From an uncultured Acidobacteriota bacterium (lineage in GTDB: Bacteria; Acidobacteriota; Thermoanaerobaculia; UBA5066; Gp7-AA6), in the NCBI GenBank assembly GCA_963843325.1, contig CAWJKC010000006.1, positions 199,941 through 263,940 of the forward strand: a DNA stretch of 64,000 nucleotides, in the 5' to 3' direction. This document shows positions 21,325 to 33,280 of the stretch, one piece after another. A model generated the notes under the pieces. The model was not told where the DNA came from and made no database searches. It saw nothing but the letters and a program-made list of their open reading frames with translations. Positions within the stretch are counted from its first letter, which is position 1, and each line of letters begins with the position of its first letter. Position numbers and translations under genes: made by a program.

Positions 21325-22977
21325 GTGCGCCGCCGTTCGCCCTTCGCCTCCTGGCCGCTCGTCGGCACACTCGCGACCGGCCTCGCCTTGCGCCTCTTCG
21401 TGGGCCTGACGCAGCCCATCGACTACAACGGGTACTGGCACGTCTTCATCGCCCGAAACCTGACCCGGGAGTATGCGGGCCTCGCGCATCCGCCGCTCTT
21501 CCTGCTGCTGCTGAAGCTCGCGGACGCCGTGAGCCATTCGCGCCTGGCCTACCGGGCGATCCCGATTCTCGCGGGCGTGGGTTGCGTGGCGATGGTCTAC
21601 CGGATCCTGAAAAGGCTCGGGGCCCTCGAGTGGGTCGCCGTGCTCGGCGCGTTGACGATGGCCACGTCCGCATCGGCGATCTTCCTGTCGTGCGAAGTGC
21701 AGTCGTACTCCCTGGCCGTGTTCTTCATCCTCTGGTCGTTCGTCTATTACCTCGACCTGGTGGATCCCGACGCCGGGCTCGCGCCGGGCCGCCGGGCGGC
21801 CTTCTCTCTGCTCGCGTGCTGCGCCCTGCTCACCGAGTATTTTGCGGGGCTCTACCTGATCGCGTGCGTGCTCGCGCCGCTCGCCGTGGCGATCCTCCGC
21901 CCCGCCTGGGGACGCCGGCTCCTGCGCTCGATCCCCAAACGCTGGCTCGCCGACGCTGCCACGCTGCTGCCCCCGGCGATCGTCGGCGGTCTGCTCTACG
22001 AGCTGATCGCCAAGCCCTGGATTCGCCAGCTCAATCACCTGCCGGAGTTCTATTACGTCCCCGCCCGCGAAACCGCCGCCGCGTTTCTGCTGCGCACCCT
22101 CGGAAGCCTTTTCCGCCTCTTCTCGCCCGTCGCGATCTCTCCCGCGGCGGGGGCCGCGGCCCTCCTCCTCGCGCTGACCGTTCTGGCGCTCGCCGCGATG
22201 GCCTCGGAGCCGGCGCCAGACGACGCGGCCGCGGAGCGGTCGATCCCCTCCGTCGTCTTCGCCATCCTCCTCGGGCTCGGGATGGCCCTCGGCCTGGCCG
22301 GCAAGTACCCGTTCGGCGGCGCGATGCGCCAGCAGTTCCTGCTCTTCCTCTTCGCCTTGCTGGCGGGATATCTCGCTTTCGACCGCCTTGCGCGAAGCTT
22401 CCCGGCGGCGCCGGCGCGACGCATTCTGGCCGTCGCCTGCGCCGTGGCGATCGCGGGCAACGTCGTCGCCCAGCGCGAGGACTTCCGTCCGCGGGGACCG
22501 GAAGACTTCACGGCGCCGAGCCGCATCTTCGAGTCCGAGTTTCCCGGAGCACGCACGATCCAGGTCGATCAGCTCAACCTCATCGGCTTTTTCATGGCGC
22601 ATCACGACTGGAACTGGAAGCCGGCCGGCCGCCTGCCCGAGAACTGGGCCGTCGAGCGTTACCTGCTGGAGAAGGACGGTCAGCGGTACACGCTGATCGC
22701 GCATCGCGATCGGTGGAACTTCGATTTCCAGGATCCGGCGCTCTACGCCGCGCTGCGGTCCGCCCTCCAGCCGGGCGATCCACCGTGTTTCTCCGTCTTC
22801 TGCGTCCACACGAACCTCTACAAGCCTCCCGAACGGCGGCTTCCCGACCTGGATGCGGCGCGCACGACGGAGAAGGTCGCGACCCTCGCCCCGAAGGCCG
22901 GCGAGACGCCCGGCCGCATCGTCATCCGCGGAAACGACGTCTACGCCGAGCTCTGCGTCTCCGACTCCGCCCGGTGA
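21325..22977 (+). CDS. Polytopic membrane protein, GT-C (ArnT/PMT_2-like) glycosyltransferase candidate
   Basis: The 550-aa gene is intact. It has ~10 hydrophobic segments followed by a soluble C-terminal domain. The N-terminal pattern ...GLALRLFVGLTQPIDYNGYWHVFIARNL...HPPLFLLLLKL... resembles dolichyl/undecaprenyl-phosphate-sugar transferases. Confidence 0.5.
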   Translation: MRRRSPFASWPLVGTLATGLALRLFVGLTQPIDYNGYWHVFIARNLTREYAGLAHPPLFLLLLKLADAVSHSRLAYRAIPILAGVGCVAMVYRILKRLGALEWVAVLGALTMATSASAIFLSCEVQSYSLAVFFILWSFVYYLDLVDPDAGLAPGRRAAFSLLACCALLTEYFAGLYLIACVLAPLAVAILRPAWGRRLLRSIPKRWLADAATLLPPAIVGGLLYELIAKPWIRQLNHLPEFYYVPARETAAAFLLRTLGSLFRLFSPVAISPAAGAAALLLALTVLALAAMASEPAPDDAAAERSIPSVVFAILLGLGMALGLAGKYPFGGAMRQQFLLFLFALLAGYLAFDRLARSFPAAPARRILAVACAVAIAGNVVAQREDFRPRGPEDFTAPSRIFESEFPGARTIQVDQLNLIGFFMAHHDWNWKPAGRLPENWAVERYLLEKDGQRYTLIAHRDRWNFDFQDPALYAALRSALQPGDPPCFSVFCVHTNLYKPPERRLPDLDAARTTEKVATLAPKAGETPGRIVIRGNDVYAELCVSDSAR

Positions 22978-23726
22978 GACTCCTGGCGGCGTTCGGCCGC
23001 CTTCTGCCCCGCGAGGTTTTCCCCGGGGCGCAGGGGCGCCTGGCACACGACGCGGTCGAGGTGCGCAAAGCGCACGCCCAGCGCATACATCCTGCCCCAG
23101 AGATGCGCATCGGCGCCGATCGAGACTTTCCAGGCTTCGAGGTCGTATCGCAGAAACTTGAGGTAGGAGCGGTACAGCACCGACGAGTGCATGACGTTGC
23201 CGGGCAAGGGAGGCAGTTTCCCGATCCGCAGCCATTCCGTTGGCGAGCGTTGGAAATCGCCGGACCCGAAGACGAACTCGGCTCCCGTCCGGCGCGCGAA
23301 ATTCAGCAGCGCCTCGAGGTGATCCTCGGCGAGAACGTCATCGTCGTCGAGGTAACCGAGCCATTGGCCCCGCGCCAGCTCCAGGGCGCGGTTGGCGGGC
23401 GTGCTGCCCGCGACCATCCAGCGTTGAAGCGGGTCCGGCGGATAGGTGCCGCGCTCGGCCAGATTCAGAAAGCGAATACGCGGCTCGTCGAGGGCCGCGA
23501 TCCGCGCGCCGGTATCGTCCGTGCACGCATCCCCCACGACGACGACTTCCCAGTTGCGGTACGTCTGGCGCAGCACGGAGGGAAGCGTCCTCGTCGTCAG
23601 CAGCTCGGCCCGATTCCAGGTCGGGATGACGATGCTGACGAGCGGCTCCGCCGGATGCGGCCTCAGACCCCAGAGCAGGCGCCCGACAGCGAGCCGCGCG
23701 GGCGCGAACCGATCACCGGCGCCCAT
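22941..23726 (-). CDS. Family 2 glycosyltransferase
   Basis: The sequence reads ...VSIVIPTWNRAELLTTRTLPSVLRQTYRNWEVVVVGDACTDDT...GYLDDDDVL..., the typical GT2 N-terminal domain with DxD. The gene is intact and is convergent with 21325..22977. Confidence 0.8.
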   Translation of the reverse strand: MGAGDRFAPARLAVGRLLWGLRPHPAEPLVSIVIPTWNRAELLTTRTLPSVLRQTYRNWEVVVVGDACTDDTGARIAALDEPRIRFLNLAERGTYPPDPLQRWMVAGSTPANRALELARGQWLGYLDDDDVLAEDHLEALLNFARRTGAEFVFGSGDFQRSPTEWLRIGKLPPLPGNVMHSSVLYRSYLKFLRYDLEAWKVSIGADAHLWGRMYALGVRFAHLDRVVCQAPLRPGENLAGQKAAERRQESHRAESETQSSA

Positions 23727-24816
23727 AGAACCGGAGGACGGCCTCGCTCACCCGGTCGACGTCATCGTCGGCCAGCTCGTTGAACATCGGCAGACACAGG
23801 ACGGAATCCGCGACGGCGATCGTGTCGTCGAGATCGTCCGACGGCGACTGAAAGCGCCGGAATGCCGGCATTCCGTGAACCGGCCGGAAGTATTTCTTCG
23901 TCTGAATGCCGCCGGCCTCCAGGGCCGCCGCGAGATCGTCGCGCCGCTCGGGACAGAGAATTGCAAAATCCTTGTACGTCGCGCTCGCGTCGGGAAGGAT
24001 TTCCTGGAATCGAATGCCGGGCTCGCGAACGAGCGCGGCCTGGTATCGCTGCGCCTTGCGCTGGCGCGCCCCGACGGCCTCGTCGATACTCCCCGCGGCC
24101 AGGCAGGCCAGGGCCGCATGGATTTCCGAGAGTTTCCCGTTGATTCCCACGAACTCCGACACGTAGTCATTCTGGAACCCGTAGGCGCGCAGGTACTCGA
24201 TTCGCCGCGCACCCTCCGCGGTGGCCGCCGCAATCAGCCCTCCTTCGGCGCAGGTCATCTGCTTGGTTCCGCTGAAGCTGAAGACCTGAAAGTCCCCGAG
24301 CCGCGGGTCACCGATGCGCAATCCCCGGAAACTCGCTCCGTACGCGTGGGCGGCGTCGACGACGACCGGGAGCCCGTGCCGGCGCGCGATCTCCAGAACG
24401 CGGTCGATCGGGAGGGGACTTCCGAAGATGTGCGTCACGACGATCGCGCGCGTCGCCGCGGTGATGCGCCGCTCGAGGTCGCCGCAGTCGACGTTGAACG
24501 TTCGCGGATCGATGTCCACGAACGCCGGCGTCAAACGGTTCCAGAGGATCGCGTTGACGGTCGAGTTGAAGGTAAACGACTGGACCAGGCACTCACCGCC
24601 CGCGGGGATCTCGAGCGCGGCGATCGAGAGGACGAGACCGAGATCGCAATTGACCACGGACCGTGTCCAGGGATTCGCGACGTACGTCTGCGCTCTCTCC
24701 TCGAACTGACGCGCGTACTTGCCGAAGTTCGAGAGCATCCGGCTCTGCCAGATGTCCTCCAGCAGCGCGACGTAGTCGGCGAGCGGGGGGAGCGAAGGGC
24801 GAGAGACCGGCAGCAT
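23713..24816 (-). CDS. DegT/DnrJ/EryC1/StrS family sugar aminotransferase
   Basis: The probable start is ATG 24816 (MLPVSRPSLPPLADYVALLEDIW...) behind GGAGAAGG. The sequence reads ...VVVDAAHAYGASF...FSFSGTKQMTCAEGG..., which contains the PLP-Lys context. The longer ORF-track version (to 25140) overlaps the upstream gene and is unlikely to be real. Confidence 0.85.
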   Translation of the reverse strand: MLPVSRPSLPPLADYVALLEDIWQSRMLSNFGKYARQFEERAQTYVANPWTRSVVNCDLGLVLSIAALEIPAGGECLVQSFTFNSTVNAILWNRLTPAFVDIDPRTFNVDCGDLERRITAATRAIVVTHIFGSPLPIDRVLEIARRHGLPVVVDAAHAYGASFRGLRIGDPRLGDFQVFSFSGTKQMTCAEGGLIAAATAEGARRIEYLRAYGFQNDYVSEFVGINGKLSEIHAALACLAAGSIDEAVGARQRKAQRYQAALVREPGIRFQEILPDASATYKDFAILCPERRDDLAAALEAGGIQTKKYFRPVHGMPAFRRFQSPSDDLDDTIAVADSVLCLPMFNELADDDVDRVSEAVLRFYGRR

Positions 24817-24826
24817 CGTCGGGCGC

Positions 24827-25432
24827 CTACCTTCTCCGATCGAGCGGCACGTACCGGCCTTCGCCGTCGTAGAGCGCGCTGCGAAGCTGCCGCTCGAGCT
24901 CGTCGATGCGGTCACGCGGGCGCTTCTTGATGGGCCGGGCCGGGACTCCCCCGTAGATCGTCCAGGGCTCGCAGTCGCGGTTGACCAGGGACAGGGCGCC
25001 GATCGCGCATCCTTCCCCGATGGTGACGCCCGGGAAGACGACCGCGTTGGCTCCCACCAGCGCGTATTTGCCGATGTGCGCAAAGGTCCGCGTCGGCTGG
25101 CGGAACGGCTCGGGGACGGCCGGCCCGACCAGGCTTCCACCCGAAAAGTCGTCGATCCCGGTGTAGATCCGGGCTCCGCTGGAAATGCTGACGAAATCCT
25201 CGATCACGAGGCGACCCCGCCCGAGGTAGGACGAAAAGGAGGCCAGATGGACGAAGCTGCCGATCCGCGTCTCGACTCCCCCGACCAGAAACACGAAGTC
25301 GTCGATGATGACGGAGTCGCCGATGGAAATGACTTCGGGCGACACGATGTGCGCCCGCGAGTAGATCTGGACGTCCTCGCCCCGGGCACGGAACGCCAGA
25401 CGGCCGGCCACATTGTCCGTCACTTCGTTCAC
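24827..25432 (-). CDS. Left-handed beta-helix (hexapeptide-repeat) acyl/acetyltransferase
   Basis: The sequence reads ...ISIGDSVIIDDFVFLVGGVETRIGSFVHLASFSS...VIEDFVSISSGARIY...IGKYALVGANAVVFPGVTIGEGCAIGALSLV.... The start is uncertain (GTG 25432 or 25423). Confidence 0.75.
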   Translation of the reverse strand: MNEVTDNVAGRLAFRARGEDVQIYSRAHIVSPEVISIGDSVIIDDFVFLVGGVETRIGSFVHLASFSSYLGRGRLVIEDFVSISSGARIYTGIDDFSGGSLVGPAVPEPFRQPTRTFAHIGKYALVGANAVVFPGVTIGEGCAIGALSLVNRDCEPWTIYGGVPARPIKKRPRDRIDELERQLRSALYDGEGRYVPLDRRR

Positions 25433-25476
25433 CGCCGGGCAGTATAGGACGCTGCGGCCTCGCGACCGCGCGCCGA

Positions 25477-25830
25477 TCAGTTCTTCTTCGGCGCGAAACC
25501 CCGCACGTCGTTCTTGACGAGGCTTTCGATCTGCTCGGCCGTGAGCTTCTTGCCGAACGGCGGCATGTCGTCCTTGCCCTCGGTCACGGACTTGATCAGC
25601 TCCGCATCGGACTCGCCCGCCTGCCACTCGGCGTCGGTGAAGTTGCGCGCCTTCATGTTCTTGCCCTTGAACGTGTCGGCCTTGCCCGTGTCTCCGTGGC
25701 ACTTGGCGCAATATTCCTTGAACAGCTTGGAGGGATGCTCTTCCTTTTCCTGCCCGGTCGCGAAGAGCGTCAGGCCGAGGGTCGCGATCGCTCCGAAGAC
25801 GAGACTGCCGAGAACCTGCGTGCGTTTCAT
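25477..25830 (-). CDS. c-type cytochrome (monohaem, secreted)
   Basis: The product reads MKRTQVLGSLVFGAIATLGLTLFATG...YCAKCHGDTG...DDMPPFGKKL. It has a CxxCH haem motif and a distal Met context. ATG at 25830 overlaps the SCO stop (ATGA). Confidence 0.8.
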   Translation of the reverse strand: MKRTQVLGSLVFGAIATLGLTLFATGQEKEEHPSKLFKEYCAKCHGDTGKADTFKGKNMKARNFTDAEWQAGESDAELIKSVTEGKDDMPPFGKKLTAEQIESLVKNDVRGFAPKKN

Positions 25831-26438
25831 CCTTTCCTCGCTTTCTGCAACTCCTGGAGTATCTGTTCGGGCTCCCAGTCCGATCCGTACGTGATCGAGG
25901 CGAGGCGTCCTTCCGGGTCGATGACCGCCACCGCCTGCTGGTGCATGATCTGGCCGCGCTCGGGATAGTAGAGGACGCCGAAGGTCTCGGCCACCCGCGC
26001 CAGCGCGCGCGGATCGCCCGTCAGGAACTTCCAGCGCGCGCTGTCGGCGCCGATCCGGCTGGCGAAGTCCGCGAGCACCGCCGGGGTGTCGGTCTCCGGA
26101 TCGACCGTCACGACGAGCAGCCGGCCGACGTCCCGTCCGGCGATCGCGGCGTTCAACTTCGAGAACTTCGCCATCGTCATCGGACAGGCCGCCGCGTCCG
26201 GGCAGCGCGTGTAGGCGAACGTGACCGCCACGGGCGCGCCGCGAAACTCCGACAACCGCACGGCCCTGCCGGTCTGGTCGGTGAGCGTGAAATCCGGGAC
26301 GCGGTCCCCGACCGCGATCGCCTTGTTCGGCTCGGGCCGGTCCGAACCCGTGGCCCCGAGCACGGCGGCCTCGCGGGGCCGGCACGCGACCGCCGAGGCG
26401 ACGGCGAGGAGGCTGGCGGCGATCAGCCACGCATTCAC
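25827..26438 (-). CDS. SCO1/SenC-family thioredoxin-fold protein
   Basis: The start is GTG 26438. The product has a membrane anchor or signal sequence, then ...FRGAPVAVTFAYTRCPDAAACPMTMAKF...LLVVTVDPETDTPAVL...GDP...H..AVAVIDPEGRL. The Cys motif is C-x5-C rather than the usual CxxxC. Confidence 0.7.
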   Translation of the reverse strand: MNAWLIAASLLAVASAVACRPREAAVLGATGSDRPEPNKAIAVGDRVPDFTLTDQTGRAVRLSEFRGAPVAVTFAYTRCPDAAACPMTMAKFSKLNAAIAGRDVGRLLVVTVDPETDTPAVLADFASRIGADSARWKFLTGDPRALARVAETFGVLYYPERGQIMHQQAVAVIDPEGRLASITYGSDWEPEQILQELQKARKG

Positions 26439-26488
26439 GCCGCCAGTTCTAACCGACGCCGGCCGGCGCCGGCCGCGTTTAAGAAAGC

Positions 26489-27456
26489 TCAAAGGGCGCG
26501 TCGCGAGGCGATGTAGCCGGCCAGCTTCTGGAGATCCACGTTGCCGCCCGAGATCACCACGCCCACGCGTTTTCCCGAGAAGTCGGCCTTCCTGTGGCGC
26601 ACGGCCGCGGCCGCGGCGGCGCCCGAGGGCTCGACGAGGACCTTCATGCGCTCGAGCATCCAGGTCAGCGTCTCGATCATCTCGTCGTCGGAGACGAGGA
26701 GGATGTCCTTGACGGTCTCCTGCACGATCGGGAACGTCCGCTTGCCCGGGCGAGGACACACGCAGGCCGTCGGCGATCGTCGGATTCTCGGGGACCTCGA
26801 CGCGGTGTCCCGCGGCGAGCGAGCGCTTCGTGTCGTCGGCGGTCTCGGGCTCGGCGCCGTAGATCACGATGCCGGGCCGCAGGTTCCGGGCCACCGTGGC
26901 CCAGCCGCTGATCAGGCCTCCGCCCGACACCGGCACGACGATCGCATCGAGATCGCCGACGTCCTCGAGCAGCTCGACGGCGCCCGTGGCCTGGCCCGCC
27001 ATGACGAGGTCGTCGTCGAAGGGCGGCACGAGCACGGCGCCGCGCTCGCGGCAGATCTGCTCGGCGAGGTCGTCGCGGCTCTGGCTCGCGCGGTCGTAGA
27101 GGACGACCTCGGCGCCGTAGCCGCGTGTCCCGTCGATCTTCGCCTGCGGGGCGTCGTCGGGCATCACGATCGTCGCGCGGATGCCGAGCATGCTGCACAC
27201 GAGCGCGACCGCCTGCGCGTGGTTGCCCGAGGAGAACGCCACGACCGCGTCGACCTTCCCGCGCTCGGTCTCCGCCTTGATCTTGTTGTAGGCGCCGCGG
27301 AACTTGAACGCGCCGGCGCGCTGGAGGTTCTCGGCCTTGAAGAAGACGCGCGCGCCGGCCGCCTCGTCGAACTGCCGCGAGGTCAGCACGGGCGTGCGGT
27401 GCGCGATGCCGGCGAGGCGCTTGCGCGCGCGCTTCGATGTCCTGCCAGGTCAGCAT
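26489..27456 (-). CDS. PLP-dependent threonine ammonia-lyase / serine-threonine dehydratase (two frame breaks)
   Basis: The N-terminus is MLTWQDIEARAQ.... The gene continues ...VFFKAENLQRAGAFKFRGAYNKI...VVAFSSGNHAQAVAL...VPVSGGGLISG and then ...FPIVQETVKDILLVSDDEMIE...VEPSGAAAAAAV...VISGGNVD. Breaks lie near 27415 and 26760. No ACT regulatory domain is evident. Confidence 0.8.
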
Positions 27457-27469
27457 GCGATTCTCTCCC

Positions 27470-28816
27470 TCAGCGCGAAACGGAATTCGCGACGCCCTCG
27501 ATCTCCGTCTTCCACTGCCCGATCGCCCCGAGCGCGCGGTCCGCGAGCTGCTGGCGGCGCACCTGCTTGTCGCGCACGGGCGAGTGCGAGCTGTCCTCGA
27601 TCAGGCCGAAGGTCACGTTCATCGGCTCGAACTTCTCCGACGGCGGGCGCTCGGAACAGTGGCGCGCGAGCGAGCCGATGGCCGTCGTGTAGGGCACGGG
27701 CACGGGCTCGCGCCCTTCCAGCATCTGCGACAGCGTCAGCCCCACGGCCAGGCCCGTCGCGGCGCTCTCGACGTAGCCCTCGACGCCCGTGATCTGGCCC
27801 GCGAAGAAGATCCGCGGCTCGCGGCGCATGCGGAAGAAGCGGTCGATGTGCGCCGGCGCGTGGATGTACGTGTTCCGGTGCAGCATGCCGTAGCGCGCGA
27901 AGACCGCGTTCTCGAGGCCCGGGATCATCCGGAAGACCCGCTGCTGTTCGGGAATCTTCAACTTCGTCTGGAAGCCCACGAGGTTGTAGTGCTCTTTGGC
28001 GAGGTCGTCCTGGCGCAGCTGCACGACGGCCCACGGGTTCCTGCCCGTCTTCGGATCCGGAAGGCCCATCGGCTTCATCGGGCCGTGGCGCAGCGTCTCG
28101 CGGCCGCGCTCGGCCATCACCTCGATCGGCAGGCACCCTTCGAAGTAGATGCCCTTCTCGAAGTCCTTGATCGGGACGGTCTCGCCGGCGAGCAGGGCGT
28201 CCATGAACGCCTCGTATCCCTCGCGCGACAGCGGACAGTTCAGATAGTCCTCGCCGTCGCCCTTGCCGTAGCGCGAGAGCGCGTACATCTTCGAGAGGTC
28301 GAGCGAAGAGGCCTCGACGATGGGGGCCATCGAGTCGTAGAAGTAGAGATCGGCCGTCCCGAGCAGCGCGCCGATCGCGGCGTCGAGCGCCGGCGAGGTC
28401 AGCGGCCCGGTCGCGATCACGACGAAGCCGTCCTCCGGGATCGCCCTCGCCTCCTCGCGCACGAGCGCGATCTCGGGCCGCGCGGCGATCGCCTCGGTGA
28501 CCAGGCCGGCGAAGACGCCGCGGTCCATCGCCAGCGCGTCGCCCGCCGGCACCGCGGCGGCGCGCGCCGAGCGGATCACGAGCGAGTCGAGGGCCTCCAT
28601 CTCGCGCTTGAGCAGGCCGACGGCGTTGCGCGGGTTGTCGGAGCGGAAGGAGTTCGAGCACACCAGCTCCGCGCAGCGGTCCGTCTGGTGCGCCGAGGTC
28701 CCGACGACCGGGCGCATCTCCAGGAGGCGCACGCGGTGCCCGCGCCGCGCCAGCTGCCAGGCGCACTCCGAGCCGGCCAGGCCCGCGCCGATGATCGTGA
28801 CGGCAGGTGTGGTCAT
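27470..28816 (-). CDS. trmFO: Methylenetetrahydrofolate--tRNA-(uracil54-C5)-methyltransferase TrmFO
   Basis: The 448-aa gene is intact. It reads MTTPAVTIIGAGLAGSECAWQLA...ELVCSNSFRSD...FFAGQITGVEGYVESAATGL... Confidence 0.9.
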   Translation of the reverse strand: MTTPAVTIIGAGLAGSECAWQLARRGHRVRLLEMRPVVGTSAHQTDRCAELVCSNSFRSDNPRNAVGLLKREMEALDSLVIRSARAAAVPAGDALAMDRGVFAGLVTEAIAARPEIALVREEARAIPEDGFVVIATGPLTSPALDAAIGALLGTADLYFYDSMAPIVEASSLDLSKMYALSRYGKGDGEDYLNCPLSREGYEAFMDALLAGETVPIKDFEKGIYFEGCLPIEVMAERGRETLRHGPMKPMGLPDPKTGRNPWAVVQLRQDDLAKEHYNLVGFQTKLKIPEQQRVFRMIPGLENAVFARYGMLHRNTYIHAPAHIDRFFRMRREPRIFFAGQITGVEGYVESAATGLAVGLTLSQMLEGREPVPVPYTTAIGSLARHCSERPPSEKFEPMNVTFGLIEDSSHSPVRDKQVRRQQLADRALGAIGQWKTEIEGVANSVSR

Positions 28817-28838
28817 CGAAGCCGCCGATTGTAAGGGT

Positions 28839-29252
28839 TCAGCGCGCGGCCCGGCGCCGGGCGACCGGGATGACGAACCGGATCGCGGTCAGGCGCGAGG
28901 AGAAGGCCGCGACCTTGTTGTCCACGAGGCCGGCCTGCAGGCCCGCCTTCTGGACGTCCAGCCACGTGTAGGGAAACGCGAGCTCGGCCATGAACGGCTT
29001 CTTCGGAAAGACGACCCAGAGCGAGCCGGACGGCTCGAGGCGCTCCGCGAGATTCCGGAAGAAGACCGAGAGCGAGCCCTCGGCGGGAACTTCCGCCATC
29101 AGCCACGCGTGCGCTCCCGCGGGAAACGCGTCCACCCGCTCGACGAGCGGGCCGAACACGGCGCGCATGGTGCGCACGAACTCCGGGGAAGATCCGCGGG
29201 CGCAGGGAGCCCCGCCGGCCGGCAGCGAGAACTTCTCCCAGGGCGCCTTCAC
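28839..29252 (-). CDS. DUF3052-like small protein
   Basis: The start is GTG 29252. The sequence reads ...AHAWLMAEVPAEGSLSVFFRNLAERLEPSGSLWVVFPKKPFMAELAFPYTWLDVQKAGLQAGLVDNKVAAFSS... The family call is from memory of the LWV.(F/W)PKK pattern. Confidence 0.45.
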   Translation of the reverse strand: MKAPWEKFSLPAGGAPCARGSSPEFVRTMRAVFGPLVERVDAFPAGAHAWLMAEVPAEGSLSVFFRNLAERLEPSGSLWVVFPKKPFMAELAFPYTWLDVQKAGLQAGLVDNKVAAFSSRLTAIRFVIPVARRRAAR

Positions 29253-29263
29253 CGCTCGCGGAG

Positions 29264-31884
<2,621 letters not shown>

Positions 31885-31969
31885 TTGGGGCGACGGACGG
31901 TCTCACATCGGAAAGGAAAGCGCAAACACGGGTGTTTCCGCATCCCGATAACAGGAGGCTATTCCGGGG

Positions 31970-32073
31970 TCCGCAGTAAGCAGTCAGCAGTAAGCGGTAA
32001 GCAGTTGGCGGCAGAAGCAGTTGATCGAGAAATGCGCTCCTCTGCTTACTGCTTGCTGCCGACTGCTTACTGC
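31970..32073. repeat. Heptad-built palindromic element, copy 2
   Basis: The left arm is CCGCAGTAAGCAGTCAGCAGTAAGCGGTAAGCAG. A ~22-nt spacer follows, then the right arm CTGCTTACTGCTTGCTGCCGACTGCTTACTGC. The heptad unit is the same as at 16984-17073. The element lies between the dprA stop and the topA start. Confidence 0.8.
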
Positions 32074-32081
32074 TCCTTTCT

Positions 32082-33194
32082 TCACCTTCTCACCACCCCG
32101 TATCTCCCGCCCTCCACCGGCACCGCGATCCCCGCTCCCTCGAGCTCGAAGAGGCCGGCGAGAACGGTCGCCGCCGGCAGATCGAGCGCCCGGGAGATCT
32201 CCTCGGCCGAGAGCGACTCCTCGCGCCCGAGCGCTTCGAAGATCCGGCGGGACTCCGCGGACAGGTCCGCGACCGGAAACGGCGACACGGCTCCGGCGGG
32301 ACGCGGCGTGCCGACGGAAGGAAAGAGCTCCGCGAGCACGTCCTCGGCGCCGCGGCACAGGATCGCGCCGTCGCGCAGCAGCTCGTGGGCGCCGGCGGAG
32401 GTCTGCGAAAAGATGGAGCCGGGGACCGCGAAGACGTCGCGCCCGAAGTCGTTGGCCAGGCGCGCCGTGATGAGCGAGCCCGAGCGCCGCGACGCCTCCA
32501 CGACGACCACCCCCGCAGAGAGGCCGGCGATGATCCGGTTGCGGATCGGGAAGTTCTGGGGACGCGGCTCCGTCCCCGGCGGGTACTCGGAGACGAGCAG
32601 GTGATCGGCGGCCAGGCGCTCCTTCAGCTTGCGGTGCTCGCGCGGATAGTCGACGTCCAGCCCGCACCCGAGCACGGCGATCGTCCCGCCCGGGCCCTCG
32701 AGCGCGGCCTCGTGCGCCGCGGCGTCGACGCCGCGCGCAAATCCCGAGACGACCGCCATCCCGGCGCCCGACAACTCCTGGGAAAGGCGCCAGGCTACGT
32801 CGTGCCCGTACCGCGACGCGTCCCGCGAGCCGACGATCGCCACGGCCGGCAGCCGGAGCCGCTCGAGCCTGCCGAGCGCGTAGAGCAGGAACGGCGGGTC
32901 GGCGATCTCCCGGAGGGCGTCGGGGTACTCGGCGTCGAAGGCCGTCACCAGGCGGATGCCCGTGCGCTCGACCGCCGCCGCCCAGCGCAGCGCCTCGGCA
33001 TCGTCCGGGCCGCGCAGAACGGCGCGCGCCAGCTGCCGGGAACCCAGGTCCGAGGACAGCTCGTCCTCGCCCGAGGCCAGCAGGGCCTCCACCCCTCCGC
33101 GCGCGCGCAGGGCCGGCCAGAGCCGCTGCGGCGTGATCTCGCGTCCCCGCGCCCACGACAGGGCGGCACTCCGGGAAAGTGAATCAGCGCTCAA
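32082..33194 (-). CDS. dprA: DNA-processing protein DprA (Smf)
   Basis: The sequence reads ...PAVAIVGSRDASRYG...VVSGFARGVDAAAHEAAL...TIAVLGCGLDVDYPREH...LLVSEYPPGTEP...FPIRNRIIAGLS..VVVVEA...SGSLITA.... A C-terminal winged-helix-like tail follows. The start is uncertain (TTG 33194 chosen so as not to overlap the divergent gene). Confidence 0.85.
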   Translation of the reverse strand: MSADSLSRSAALSWARGREITPQRLWPALRARGGVEALLASGEDELSSDLGSRQLARAVLRGPDDAEALRWAAAVERTGIRLVTAFDAEYPDALREIADPPFLLYALGRLERLRLPAVAIVGSRDASRYGHDVAWRLSQELSGAGMAVVSGFARGVDAAAHEAALEGPGGTIAVLGCGLDVDYPREHRKLKERLAADHLLVSEYPPGTEPRPQNFPIRNRIIAGLSAGVVVVEASRRSGSLITARLANDFGRDVFAVPGSIFSQTSAGAHELLRDGAILCRGAEDVLAELFPSVGTPRPAGAVSPFPVADLSAESRRIFEALGREESLSAEEISRALDLPAATVLAGLFELEGAGIAVPVEGGRYGVVRR

Positions 33195-33257
33195 GTTAAC
33201 GTATCTCTCATGAAACCCCGGGGCGACAATTCTCCGGCTCGAAACGTGCAGGAAACC

Positions 33258-33263
33258 TATAAT
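33258..33263 (+). promoter_or_regulatory. Candidate -10 box (TATAAT) for the lipoprotein operon
   Basis: A perfect TATAAT lies 17 nt upstream of the ATG at 33281, in the dprA/lipoprotein divergent spacer. I could find no convincing -35. Confidence 0.3.
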
Positions 33264-33280
33264 ACCGACCGCCGCGAGGC

